Positions 17,488-26,789 of a DNA stretch of 64,000 bases are shown one piece after another. Position numbers and translations under genes: made by a program. Every line of letters starts with the position of its first letter. Position 1 is the first letter of the stretch. The notes below the pieces were generated by a model. That model made no database searches and was not told the origin of the DNA. It saw nothing but the letters and a program-made list of their open reading frames with translations. Where the stretch lies: positions 6,798 through 70,797 of the forward strand of contig JAXDBM010000093.1 of NCBI GenBank assembly GCA_034678725.1. The letters are read 5' to 3'. The DNA comes from Syntrophales bacterium (GTDB lineage: Bacteria > Desulfobacterota > Syntrophia > Syntrophales > Fen-1087).

Positions 17488-18111
17488 ATGAAATTCATTC
17501 CAAAGGAAGTTCAGTTCTCCGATCACTTTGAGGCGCTGTCAGAGAAAATTCAGGAAGGCGGGGTCCTTTTCGCAGATCTTCTCAATGACCGCCAGCCGTC
17601 GGAAGCGAAGGTTGTCAGACTGAAGGAAATCGAGCATGAAGCGGACACCATCACCCACGGAATCTACCAGAACCTGCACAAGATCTTCATCACGCCGCTG
17701 GACCGGGAAGACATCTACGACCTGGCCAACAAGATGGACAACATCCTGGACATGCTGGAATCGACTGCGACAAAAATCTACCTTTACCGGATCAAGGATC
17801 CCGTCCCCCAGATCCGGGAACTTGCCCTGATCCTGAACAAGGCCATTGTCCTGGTGAACCGGGCCATTCACGCCATGAGGCGGCGGACGAAGAACGCCGG
17901 GATCGTCCTGGATGCCTGCATCGAGATCAACTCGCTCGAAAATGAGGCCGATGCCGTCCTGCGGCAGTCGATGGCATCCCTTTTCGAACACGAGTCGGAC
18001 GTGATCGAACTCATCAAATGCAAGGAAATCCTCGAGCGGATCGAAGAGGCAACGGATTTCTGTGAGGACGTCTCAGACATCCTCGAAGGGATCATCCTGA
18101 AATACGGTTAA
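17488..18111 (+). CDS. DUF47 (PhoU-like, TIGR00153-type) family protein
   Basis: 207 aa. KEIEHEADTITHGIYQNLHKIFITPLDREDIYDLANKMDNILD is the hallmark DUF47 segment. Confidence 0.85.
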   Translation: MKFIPKEVQFSDHFEALSEKIQEGGVLFADLLNDRQPSEAKVVRLKEIEHEADTITHGIYQNLHKIFITPLDREDIYDLANKMDNILDMLESTATKIYLYRIKDPVPQIRELALILNKAIVLVNRAIHAMRRRTKNAGIVLDACIEINSLENEADAVLRQSMASLFEHESDVIELIKCKEILERIEEATDFCEDVSDILEGIILKYG

Positions 18112-18137
18112 GCCGCGCGCCGATTGGAGGCATTGAC

Positions 18138-18536
18138 ATGACGGAACACAACGACACGCACCTCAAAACCGTGGGCTACATCCTGTGGATTTTCGGGTTT
18201 ACCGGTTCGCACCGTTTCTACTACGGAAAGCCCGTTTCCGGTACCCTCTATTTTTTCACGCTCGGCCTGCTCGGCATCGGCTGGCTGATCGATCTCTTCC
18301 TGATCCCTTCGATGGACCGGCAGGCGGACTTCCGCTTCCGCGCCGGCCGCATCGACTATACTGTCGCCTGGGTCCTGCTGACCTTCTTCGGTCTGTTCGG
18401 CATCCACCGGATGTACATGGGCAAGTGGATCACGGGAATCGTCTACCTGCTGACGGCAGGACTCATCGGCATCGGCTATCTCTACGACTTCTGGACCCTC
18501 AATGACCAGATCACCGTGATCAACGGAACCTCCTGA
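18138..18536 (+). CDS. TM2 domain-containing membrane protein
   Basis: 132 aa with repeated GxHRFYxGK-like motifs (GSHRFYYGK, GIHRMYMGK) inside hydrophobic helices. A GGAGG RBS is present, 26 nt after the DUF47 gene. Confidence 0.75.
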   Translation: MTEHNDTHLKTVGYILWIFGFTGSHRFYYGKPVSGTLYFFTLGLLGIGWLIDLFLIPSMDRQADFRFRAGRIDYTVAWVLLTFFGLFGIHRMYMGKWITGIVYLLTAGLIGIGYLYDFWTLNDQITVINGTS

Positions 18537-18620
18537 TTCCGGGACCGTGCATCACGCCGTGCACCGGAATCCCGGCTGTTGAGAAATCAATGGCGGAACA
18601 TGCGGCGGCCGGACCGCCGG

Positions 18621-20318
18621 TCACGTTCGTCGGATTGCGTCCATTGCAAAGAAGGGCGCGTGGCCGGAAGTGAAATAGGGCGGATCCCTCCGCAGGATGG
18701 GCGCCACGGCGGGATGGCGTTTGAAGGTCCGGTTCAGGAAGTTCCGCACGGACGTCCGGCTCCAGCCGGCGGGATGGACAAAGGTCCGGTAAAGCGAAAG
18801 GTCCCCCTCGTAAAAGGACTCCGTTTCCATGGTTTCCGCCTCCGGACTGAAGGCGGGCAGATTGAATACGGCAACATTCAGGAAGCCGATCCGTTCATGA
18901 TGCCGGACGGTGAAATCCAGCGTGCGGAAAGCATCCGCCTCGTTTTCCGCCGGTGTTCCGAAAAGCAGATAAACATAGGCGGCAATGCCCGCCGCTTTCA
19001 GGGCAGACAGTGCTTTCGACGCCGTCTCCAGATTCATGCCCTTGTGAAGATCATCGAGAACCCGTTGCGACCCGGACTCGATCCCCAGTTTCAGCATGAC
19101 GCATCCGGCCCGCCTCAGGGCCATGCAGAACTCCGGATCGGCCATCTCCGAGGAAATTCTTGCGAATCCGTACCACGGCACGCCGACCGGCTCCCCGGCC
19201 AGCGTCCGGAGCAGGGCGGGACTCATGGCATTGTCCAGGAAATGCAGCAAAGCCGGTTCTCTGCCCGTTTGGAGCAGACGGAGATCCCGCGCCACCCGGC
19301 CGGAAGGCATCGGCCGGTAGGGGTTCTCTTCCGCCTTTTCCGGACAGAAGGTGCATTGCCTCCAGTAGCAGCCCCGGGAGGCGCTGTAGGGCAGAACGAA
19401 CCCGGGAGAGAGGTAATCCGATAGGGGAAAGGCGCCGTAATCCGGAGTCGTGTCATCCCGGGCCGGCGTCACCCCCAGCATCGAAAGCAGGGGGCCTTCG
19501 CCGGGTCCGGCCATGCATTGATCCACCAATCCCCGGAAAGGGCTGCGCCAGCCGGGGCGGCTGAGCCAGGAGGTGACCAGACCGCCACCCAGAACGATTG
19601 TGATGCTGGCCTCCAGTTGTCTCAGAAACCCGATCATCGCAAAGCAGCAGAGGGCCTGACTCAGATAATTCAGGGAAAAGCCGACTATGGAGAATGGTTC
19701 GTTTTCCATCTGCCGAAGAAGCCGCTCCCGGAAGTAAGCATGGAAGGGATTGTCCGCCGGACGCTCGGCCGCCCGGATCAGATCGCCGCTATTGAGGGGG
19801 GAAAGGGTCCGGTCTTCATAATCGGAAAGGCTGATGCGGACGGAGCTGTCATCAACCGACTTTTGCAGAACGCGGCAGATATCCAGAACAGCCCGTCGAT
19901 AGCGGTCGATGCTGCCGTAACCGCGACGGTCTTTGACCAGGGCCAGATGCTCATCAAGACGGCGTCTGGCCCTCCGGGTCCAGGTATCGGGCAAGGCGTC
20001 CGGGACCGCCCCGTTTCCGCCGGCATCGGATGGAATGCCGGTATCGCTTTTCAGAAGATACTGCAGGCCCTCCATGTTGGCATCGATGACCCGATGGTGA
20101 ATCCGGTGGAACCGAAGCGCTCCGGCAAGCTGCGCCAATCCTGCCGGCGGCTCCCCCGGTCTGACGAGCGGAGGATGGATGAGGAGAACGCGAGGGGTGT
20201 CACGCGGTGTTGATTCCGGTTCGATGGAACAGGGCTCCTTGGAGCTGCGGGGAGTACACGGTGCCGTTTCAGCCGACAATACAGTTCCCGCCCATTTCCT
20301 TCGCGCGGGAGAGCGCAT
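18621..20318 (-). CDS. B12-binding-domain radical SAM protein (COG1032-like), start uncertain
   Basis: The N-terminus VLLIHPPLVRPGEPPAGLAQLAGAL is typical of B12-rSAM proteins. The cluster motif is SASRGCYWRQCTFCPE. The track ORF begins at 20411 and would overlap the upstream gene by 143 nt. ATG 20318 or TTG 20279 are likelier starts. Confidence 0.75.
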   Translation of the reverse strand: MRSPARRKWAGTVLSAETAPCTPRSSKEPCSIEPESTPRDTPRVLLIHPPLVRPGEPPAGLAQLAGALRFHRIHHRVIDANMEGLQYLLKSDTGIPSDAGGNGAVPDALPDTWTRRARRRLDEHLALVKDRRGYGSIDRYRRAVLDICRVLQKSVDDSSVRISLSDYEDRTLSPLNSGDLIRAAERPADNPFHAYFRERLLRQMENEPFSIVGFSLNYLSQALCCFAMIGFLRQLEASITIVLGGGLVTSWLSRPGWRSPFRGLVDQCMAGPGEGPLLSMLGVTPARDDTTPDYGAFPLSDYLSPGFVLPYSASRGCYWRQCTFCPEKAEENPYRPMPSGRVARDLRLLQTGREPALLHFLDNAMSPALLRTLAGEPVGVPWYGFARISSEMADPEFCMALRRAGCVMLKLGIESGSQRVLDDLHKGMNLETASKALSALKAAGIAAYVYLLFGTPAENEADAFRTLDFTVRHHERIGFLNVAVFNLPAFSPEAETMETESFYEGDLSLYRTFVHPAGWSRTSVRNFLNRTFKRHPAVAPILRRDPPYFTSGHAPFFAMDAIRRT

Positions 20319-21219
20319 CCTCGGCTGCTTTGATGAAGGACTCCGGCGTCTGATCCGGCTTTGCCTCCGCCAGGCCGAAGGACAGTGTCGGATAGGGAAC
20401 ACGGTTGCCATCCGGCGTGACAGGCACGGATTTGCTCATATCCTGCCGCAGGCGCTCGGCCACAATTCTGGCTGTCACAATATTCACGTGGGGAAGCAGG
20501 ATCATGAACTCGTCCCCACCGTAACGGGCGATGATGTCAGCGGGGCGCAACTGCTCGCTGAGCTGGTGCGCAATCGAATACAGAACGCGGTCGCTGTATA
20601 TCCGGCTGTGCGCCAGGTTGAATTCCCTGAAATCATCGATGTCGATCATGATGACGGACAAAGGCTCTCCGCCGGTTGTGGATCTCAGGAACTGGCGCTT
20701 CAACATCATCTCCAGCCAGCTGCGGCTGTGCAGGCCGGTGAGGGCATCCATGCTGCCGTACTGTTCGTAGTCCTGATCGTCCTGCAAGTCGCCCGCGATC
20801 AGGACATCAGACTGGCGAAGACGTTTTGCCAGGATGTACAAAAGGTTGAGTGCGGCGGCATGAGAAGAGCGGATCAACGACCAGAGAATGTCCTCATGTA
20901 CGACGATCAGCAGGCAGGCGTCATCCGCAACGACAAAGGCAGGCGCCGGCTGGTGATCGATTACCGAGATTTCCCCTGCGATGTCCCCGGGTCCCAGGAC
21001 CACGATGGGACCCTGATCCAGTGATTGCGGATGAACGCGCAGATATCCCTCAAGAACCAGATAGATGTGCCGAAGGAGTTGGCCGGCGCCGATGACGACA
21101 TCGCCTCGCTCGAATTTCTGGACGGGACAGTCTTCCAGAAGCCCCTTGATGGATTCCAGGTTCACATTTTTAAACAGACAGATACGCTTCAAATCCCCTT
21201 CGCTGATGCCGCCGGTCAT
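20269..21219 (-). CDS. Cyclic-nucleotide-binding domain / GGDEF diguanylate cyclase
   Basis: 316 aa. The N-terminus is a cNMP-binding-like domain (LFKNVNLESIKGLLEDCPVQKFERGDVVIGAG...GEISVID). The C-terminus has an intact RYGGDEF with RPAD (an RxxD I-site) 5 residues upstream. Confidence 0.85.
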   Translation of the reverse strand: MTGGISEGDLKRICLFKNVNLESIKGLLEDCPVQKFERGDVVIGAGQLLRHIYLVLEGYLRVHPQSLDQGPIVVLGPGDIAGEISVIDHQPAPAFVVADDACLLIVVHEDILWSLIRSSHAAALNLLYILAKRLRQSDVLIAGDLQDDQDYEQYGSMDALTGLHSRSWLEMMLKRQFLRSTTGGEPLSVIMIDIDDFREFNLAHSRIYSDRVLYSIAHQLSEQLRPADIIARYGGDEFMILLPHVNIVTARIVAERLRQDMSKSVPVTPDGNRVPYPTLSFGLAEAKPDQTPESFIKAAEDALSRAKEMGGNCIVG

Positions 21220-21396
21220 TTTCCTTCTCCGCAGATGTTTTCAGAAAAAATTCCTGAGCTCGCCTGTAATACCATTTTAATTTATAATAAAATCAGCCGC
21301 ATTGTCAAGAAAGAAGGGCTTGCGCTTTCACCGGGTCTTTCACCTTGACAGGGTTCATTTTTTTTGCGACGTAACACCAAATGAAAGGGCAATGCC

Positions 21397-23274
21397 ATGC
21401 CTCTTGATTTCTGGAAGCAAAAATGTCCCGCTAAATTTGCACACTTGGAGTTCATATACGGCCACATTCATCGCGGCGACACGATTTTCATCGGCTCCGC
21501 ATGCGCAGAGCCCCAGCACCTCGTCCAGGGCCTGATCCGCTATGTAAAATCCAACCCAAAAGCTTTTTTCGATGCGGAGGTTCTTCATGTCAGAAGTCTC
21601 GGTGTGGCCCCGTACGCGACGGAAAAATTCAAGCAGAATTTCCGGCACAACTCCTTCTTTATCGGAGACAGCACCCGAGATGCCGTCAACAGGGGGGTGG
21701 CGGATTACACGCCGATCTTTCTGTCGCAGGTCCCGGAACTCTTTCACCGGGGCCTGGCCCGCGTGGATATCGCCCTGATACAAACCTCCCTGCCCGATGA
21801 ACACGGGTACATGAGCCTGGGAATCAGCGTCGACATTGTAAAGGCGGCTGCGGAAACAGCCAAACTCGTGGTTGCACAGGTGAATGCCCACATGCCGCGC
21901 GTTCTCGGGGATACCTTTATCCACATCGATGATGCGGATTTCCTGGTCCCCTATGACGAACTCCTCCTCGAATACGCGCCGGAAGCGGATACGGAGATTG
22001 CCCAGAGAATCGGGAAGTACGTCTCCCGTCTGATCGAGGACGGCGACACGCTCCAGGTCGGCTACGGACGGATCCCCAATGCCGTGCTGTCCCATCTGTC
22101 CGAAAAGAAGCACCTCGGAGTCCACACCGAACTGATCACGGACAGCATTGTCGAACTGATGGAAAAAGGGGTGATCGACAACACCCGCAAGACCATCAAT
22201 CCCGGCAAGACCGTGGCGACCTTCTGCATGGGACGCAAGGAAGCGTACGCGTTTCTGCATGACAATCCGGCCTTCGATTTCAGGACGATCGATTATACCA
22301 ACGATCCCGTGGTCATCGCCAAGCATAACAACATGGTGGCCATCAACAGCGCGCTCGAGATCGATCTGACGGGCCAGGCCACGGCGGAATCCATCGGCAC
22401 CCAGTCCCACAGCGGCGTGGGCGGTCAGGCGGATTTCATGCGGGGGGCGATTCTGGCAAAGGGCGGAAAAGCCATCCTGACCCTGCAGTCCACCGCGGCC
22501 TCGGATGTCGTTTCCCGGATTGTCCCCTCGCTCCGGGAAGGCGCGGGAACGACCCTGATCCGGGGCGATATCCGCTACGTGGTCACCGAATACGGGATTG
22601 CCTACCTGCACGGCAAAAGCATGAGGGAGCGGGCCATGGAACTGATCGGCATCGCCCATCCGAAATTCCGCCCCTGGCTGATTGCGGAAGCGAAAAAGCT
22701 GAACCTCATATACCGGGATCAGGCCTTCGTGTACGGAAAGGGAGGCGAGTATCCCGAGCGTCTGGAAACGTACCGCACCACGGGAAGCGGTCTGAACATT
22801 TTCATCCGGCCGATCAAGATCAGCGACGAGCCCAGGTTGAAAGATTTCGTCTACTCGCTTTCCGATCAGAGCATGTACCGCCGCTTCATGTCCAGGCGGA
22901 CCGATATGCCCCATGAGCGCCTTCAGCAGCTGGTTGTAATCGACTACACCCGCGAAGTCGCCCTTCTCGCGTTCGCAACAGAAGACGGGGATAGCGAGCT
23001 CATCCTGGGCGTGGGCAGATACTACATCGATCCGGATCGGCACCAGGCCGAAGTGGCGTTTGCCGTCCGGGATGACCATCAGGCCCGGGGCATCGGAACG
23101 GAATTGCTGGCCTATATGACCTACCTGGCCAAGCGGGAAGGTCTTCTGGGTTTCACGGCGGAGGTGCTGGCAGAAAACAAACCCATGCTCCACACATTCG
23201 AAAAAGGCGGATTCGATATCAGGAAAACGACTGTCGCCGGCGTTTGCGAACTGACGATGACATTCAAGGGATAA
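21397..23274 (+). CDS. Acetyl-CoA hydrolase/transferase-family domain fused to a C-terminal Pat-like GNAT acetyltransferase domain
   Basis: 625 aa. The N-terminal ~430 aa resemble 4-hydroxybutyrate/acetyl-CoA transferases (GSACAEPQ..., SLGISVD, LEIDLTGQ). The C-terminus IRPIKISDEPRLKDFVYSLSDQSMYRRFMS...RGIGTELL is GNAT-like. Confidence 0.8.
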   Translation: MPLDFWKQKCPAKFAHLEFIYGHIHRGDTIFIGSACAEPQHLVQGLIRYVKSNPKAFFDAEVLHVRSLGVAPYATEKFKQNFRHNSFFIGDSTRDAVNRGVADYTPIFLSQVPELFHRGLARVDIALIQTSLPDEHGYMSLGISVDIVKAAAETAKLVVAQVNAHMPRVLGDTFIHIDDADFLVPYDELLLEYAPEADTEIAQRIGKYVSRLIEDGDTLQVGYGRIPNAVLSHLSEKKHLGVHTELITDSIVELMEKGVIDNTRKTINPGKTVATFCMGRKEAYAFLHDNPAFDFRTIDYTNDPVVIAKHNNMVAINSALEIDLTGQATAESIGTQSHSGVGGQADFMRGAILAKGGKAILTLQSTAASDVVSRIVPSLREGAGTTLIRGDIRYVVTEYGIAYLHGKSMRERAMELIGIAHPKFRPWLIAEAKKLNLIYRDQAFVYGKGGEYPERLETYRTTGSGLNIFIRPIKISDEPRLKDFVYSLSDQSMYRRFMSRRTDMPHERLQQLVVIDYTREVALLAFATEDGDSELILGVGRYYIDPDRHQAEVAFAVRDDHQARGIGTELLAYMTYLAKREGLLGFTAEVLAENKPMLHTFEKGGFDIRKTTVAGVCELTMTFKG

Positions 23275-23490
23275 CCCTTGACGCATCGTTTCGGACCAGC
23301 TTGAAAGCGGAACCGCATGAAAAACCATCTGCCTTGCTGCTTCGGTTAAGGCTGCAATCTCAGCGGGTCCGACCGGACACGCCGGTGCGGGAAAGGCTGC
23401 ATCGATCCCCCGGGGAATAACTTCGCCGCTGCCTACTTTCCCGATAAAGACCGATCAAACCGATCACCTATTTGGAGAAGGGCTTGCAAA

Positions 23491-25293
23491 ATGAGCACCG
23501 AGCGCCCGGAACGCCCGCTGACAGCCCGCTACAGCGATCTGCTGACACTGATCTTCTGGGGATTTTTGCTCGTCTTTCTCTCCTTCTTTTTTCTGTATAT
23601 CGGCTATCAGCTGGACCAGAAATTCGGTTCCACGCCTTCGCTGATGATCGGCCTTTTCCTCCTGGCCGTCCTCATCTGTCTCGGCAAGTTTTACCAGGTG
23701 GCATGGCGCAAATGGGCCGAGCAGGAGCTGCGGGAGAGTGAACGGCGATTGTCAAGCATTCTGCAGGGCTCGCCCATCCCCACTTTTGTGCTGGGGAAAA
23801 ATCACCGCATCCTTTACTGGAACCGGGCGGTTGAAGTTTTAACCCGGATCAGGGCGGCGGATGTGGTCGGAACGACCAATCACTGGAAGGCATTTTACAA
23901 GACGGAGCGGCCCTGCATGGCCGATCTTCTGGTCGATGAATCACCGGATGAAATTTCAAAATGGTATCATGAAATGTTCGTCAAATCCAAACTCATCGAT
24001 GAGGCTTATCTGGGAACGGATTTTTTCCCGGCGCTGGGTGAGAAGGGAACCTGGCTGCGTTTTACCGCCGCCGTCATTCGGGATTCGGGCGGCAAACTGA
24101 TCGGCGCTGTTGAAACGCTGGAAGACATCACCGAACTGAAGCGGGCGGAAGAGGAATTGACAAAGGTGAAGCGACTGGAATCCCTGGGTACGATGGCTGA
24201 CGGGATCGCACACGATTTCAGCAGTCTGCTGTCCGCCATGCTGCGGAACATCTTTGTGGCAAAAATTTCCGTCACCGACGAAGATAAGATGATCGAACAG
24301 GGTCTCGAGATCGCGGAGAAAGCCGGACTGCAGGCAAAAGAACTGGCCAACCGGCTGATCACCTTCGCGCAGGGAGGAAATCCGGTCAAGAAGGTTTTGT
24401 CCATGGCCGCCCTGTTGCGGGAGACGGCTGCCATCCCGCTTCGGGATTCCAATGTCCACTGCAACTTCGATCTGCCGGACGATCTGTGGCCGGTTGAAAT
24501 CGATGACAAGCAGATGATACAGGTCGTGCAGAACCTGATCAGCAATGCCCGGGAGGCCCTGCCGGGTGGCGGCGTCGTTTACGTCCGGGCACAGAATGTA
24601 ACGGTCTCCGGGAGCGAGAATCTCCCCCTGAAAGAGGGAAAATACGTAAAATGGTCCGTGGAAGACCACGGAATGGGGATGGCAGAGGAACAACGGGAGC
24701 GGATATTCGAACCGTATTTCACGACCAAACAGAAGAGTGAGACAACGGGAATCGGTCTCGGGCTCGCGATCTGCTATTCCATTGTGAAAAAGCATGACGG
24801 CTTTATCGCCGTTCGTTCGGAACAGCACGTGGGAACGACCGTGGAGGTCTATCTTCGGGCAGCAGGGGCGGAGAACATCGCCGGCGAGAGCGCCGCTGAA
24901 AGCGGCTCAACACTCCGCCGGAAGAGAATCCTGGTTTTGGATCATGATCCGGTCATGCGGGATATCATGTCAATAATGCTGAATTTTCTCGGTTATGCCT
25001 CGGAATTCGCAAAGGATGAGGAAGAAGCGATACAGCTGTTCAAACGCGCCGTCGATGACAGGCAGCCCTTTGCGGCGTCCATCCTGGACGCAACTATACC
25101 GGAAGGAGAAGGCGTCGAGGGAATCTTTCAGAAATTGCTGGGCCTGAATCCTCAGGTCAAGACGGTGATTGCGGGAGACGATCCCCGTCAACCGCTCATG
25201 TCCGAATTCAGAAGGTATGGATTCAGCGCCGCCATTGTCCGGCCCTACACCATGGACGCCCTGAAAATCATCCTGAACGATTTGCAGTTGTAA
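23491..25293 (+). CDS. Hybrid sensor histidine kinase (2 TM - PAS - HisKA - HATPase - receiver-like domain)
   Basis: 600 aa. H-box GIAHDFSSLL, N/G boxes (NLISNAREA, DHGMGM, GIGLGLA), and a C-terminal RILVLDHDP...ASILDATIPEG receiver-like domain. Confidence 0.9.
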   Translation: MSTERPERPLTARYSDLLTLIFWGFLLVFLSFFFLYIGYQLDQKFGSTPSLMIGLFLLAVLICLGKFYQVAWRKWAEQELRESERRLSSILQGSPIPTFVLGKNHRILYWNRAVEVLTRIRAADVVGTTNHWKAFYKTERPCMADLLVDESPDEISKWYHEMFVKSKLIDEAYLGTDFFPALGEKGTWLRFTAAVIRDSGGKLIGAVETLEDITELKRAEEELTKVKRLESLGTMADGIAHDFSSLLSAMLRNIFVAKISVTDEDKMIEQGLEIAEKAGLQAKELANRLITFAQGGNPVKKVLSMAALLRETAAIPLRDSNVHCNFDLPDDLWPVEIDDKQMIQVVQNLISNAREALPGGGVVYVRAQNVTVSGSENLPLKEGKYVKWSVEDHGMGMAEEQRERIFEPYFTTKQKSETTGIGLGLAICYSIVKKHDGFIAVRSEQHVGTTVEVYLRAAGAENIAGESAAESGSTLRRKRILVLDHDPVMRDIMSIMLNFLGYASEFAKDEEEAIQLFKRAVDDRQPFAASILDATIPEGEGVEGIFQKLLGLNPQVKTVIAGDDPRQPLMSEFRRYGFSAAIVRPYTMDALKIILNDLQL

Positions 25294-25297
25294 TTCC

Positions 25298-26779
25298 CTA
25301 TTCCACGTGCCATGTCGTCCCGGCAGGAGAGTCCTTGAGAATGATCTTTTTCCCGGCCAGGATCTGCCGGATCTCATCCGCCCGCTGCCAGTTGCGGGCC
25401 ATCCGGGCCGATTGCCGCTCCGCGATCAGACGCTCGACTTCTGCCGGATCCAGTCCTTTCTTGGCGGACTCCCGATTCCGGTCCTGGCGAAAGTATTCAT
25501 CCGGATCGGTCATAAACAGCCCCAAGATTCCCCCCAGCTCTTTAAACACATTTTCCGCCTTTTCGAGCACTAAGTCGAGCTCGCCGGAAGCGGCCACTTC
25601 CGGATCCGCCATGTAGCCATTCAAAAGCCGGGTCGCCTCGAAGATGTAGCCCAAGGCACGGGCCGTGTTGAAATCGTCATCCATCGCTTCACGGAAGGAA
25701 TCGATAAGACTCGTCAATCTTTCATGGAGCCCCCTGTTTTTGGCGGAGAGGTCCACGGGATCTGGCGGCATGGTCGGATCATGCCCTTTTCGCCTCTCTC
25801 TGATCTTCTGGAGGGTGCCGTAAAAACGGTCCATTCCCTGACGCGACTCCGCCAGGGATGCCTCTGAAAAATCCACCGGGCTCCGGTAATGGCTCTGCAG
25901 CAGGAATAATCGCAAAACCTCCGGATGATAGTTGTTCAGCATCTCCCGAATGGTGAAAAAATTATTGAGAGACTTCGACATTTTTTCGCTGTTGACCTTC
26001 ACGAACCCGTTGTGGACCCAGAAACGGGCAAAGGTTTTTCCGGTCGCCCCTTCGGACTGGGCGATCTCATTTTCATGGTGGGGAAAGATCAGGTCCTCGC
26101 CCCCTCCGTGAATGTCGAATGTCTCCCCCAGGAGGCGCTGGCTCATGACGGAGCATTCGATGTGCCAGCCGGGCCTCCCTCTCCCCCAGGGGCTTTCCCA
26201 CCAGGGCTCCCCCTCCTTGCTCGCTTTCCAGAGGGCAAAATCCAGCGGGTTGATTTTTTTGTCATTGATGTCCACCCTGGCGCCCGCCATCATGTCATCC
26301 AGGTTTCTGCCGGACAGCTTTCCATATCCGGGGAAATTCTCCACGGCATAATAGACATCGCCCGCAATCTCGTAGGCCAATCCCCGCTCCATCAGCCTCT
26401 GAATCAGGTCGATCATTCCGCCAATGTGTTCCGTGGCCCTGGGCGTCACCGTCGGCGGGATGACTCCCAGTTTTCCCATGTCCTCGTCGTGTTCACGGAT
26501 ATATCGCTCCGAGATCTCGGAGATGCCGACACCTTCGGCATTGCTTTTCTGTATGATCTTGTCGTCCACATCGGTAAAATTTTTTACGAACGTCACATCA
26601 TACCCACGGTAGCGCAGATACCGGGTGATGACGTCAAAGACGATGGCAGATCGGGCATGCCCCACATGGCAGACATCATAGGCCGTAATGCCGCAGGCAT
26701 AGATGCCGACTTTCCCTGGTTCGATGGGACTGAACGCTTCTTTTCTCCTGCTAAGGGTGTTATACAGTCTCAAAGCCAT
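25298..26779 (-). CDS. cysS: Cysteine--tRNA ligase
   Basis: 493 aa, MALRLYNTLSRRKEAFSPIEPGKVGIYACGITAYDVCHVGHARS (HIGH-type motif), plus KMSKS. Confidence 0.97.
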   Translation of the reverse strand: MALRLYNTLSRRKEAFSPIEPGKVGIYACGITAYDVCHVGHARSAIVFDVITRYLRYRGYDVTFVKNFTDVDDKIIQKSNAEGVGISEISERYIREHDEDMGKLGVIPPTVTPRATEHIGGMIDLIQRLMERGLAYEIAGDVYYAVENFPGYGKLSGRNLDDMMAGARVDINDKKINPLDFALWKASKEGEPWWESPWGRGRPGWHIECSVMSQRLLGETFDIHGGGEDLIFPHHENEIAQSEGATGKTFARFWVHNGFVKVNSEKMSKSLNNFFTIREMLNNYHPEVLRLFLLQSHYRSPVDFSEASLAESRQGMDRFYGTLQKIRERRKGHDPTMPPDPVDLSAKNRGLHERLTSLIDSFREAMDDDFNTARALGYIFEATRLLNGYMADPEVAASGELDLVLEKAENVFKELGGILGLFMTDPDEYFRQDRNRESAKKGLDPAEVERLIAERQSARMARNWQRADEIRQILAGKKIILKDSPAGTTWHVE

Positions 26780-26789
26780 GGCACCTCCG

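Noticed and set aside
18537-18571. A hairpin between the TM2 gene and the rSAM gene, considered as a bidirectional terminator
   Set aside because: No U-tract follows it on either strand, so it is not called an intrinsic terminator.
21355-23328. A 657-aa minus-strand ORF spanning the whole CoA-transferase/GNAT gene
   Set aside because: It is an antisense shadow ORF in GC-rich DNA. The plus-strand product has clear family motifs, while the minus-strand product has none and has a skewed composition.
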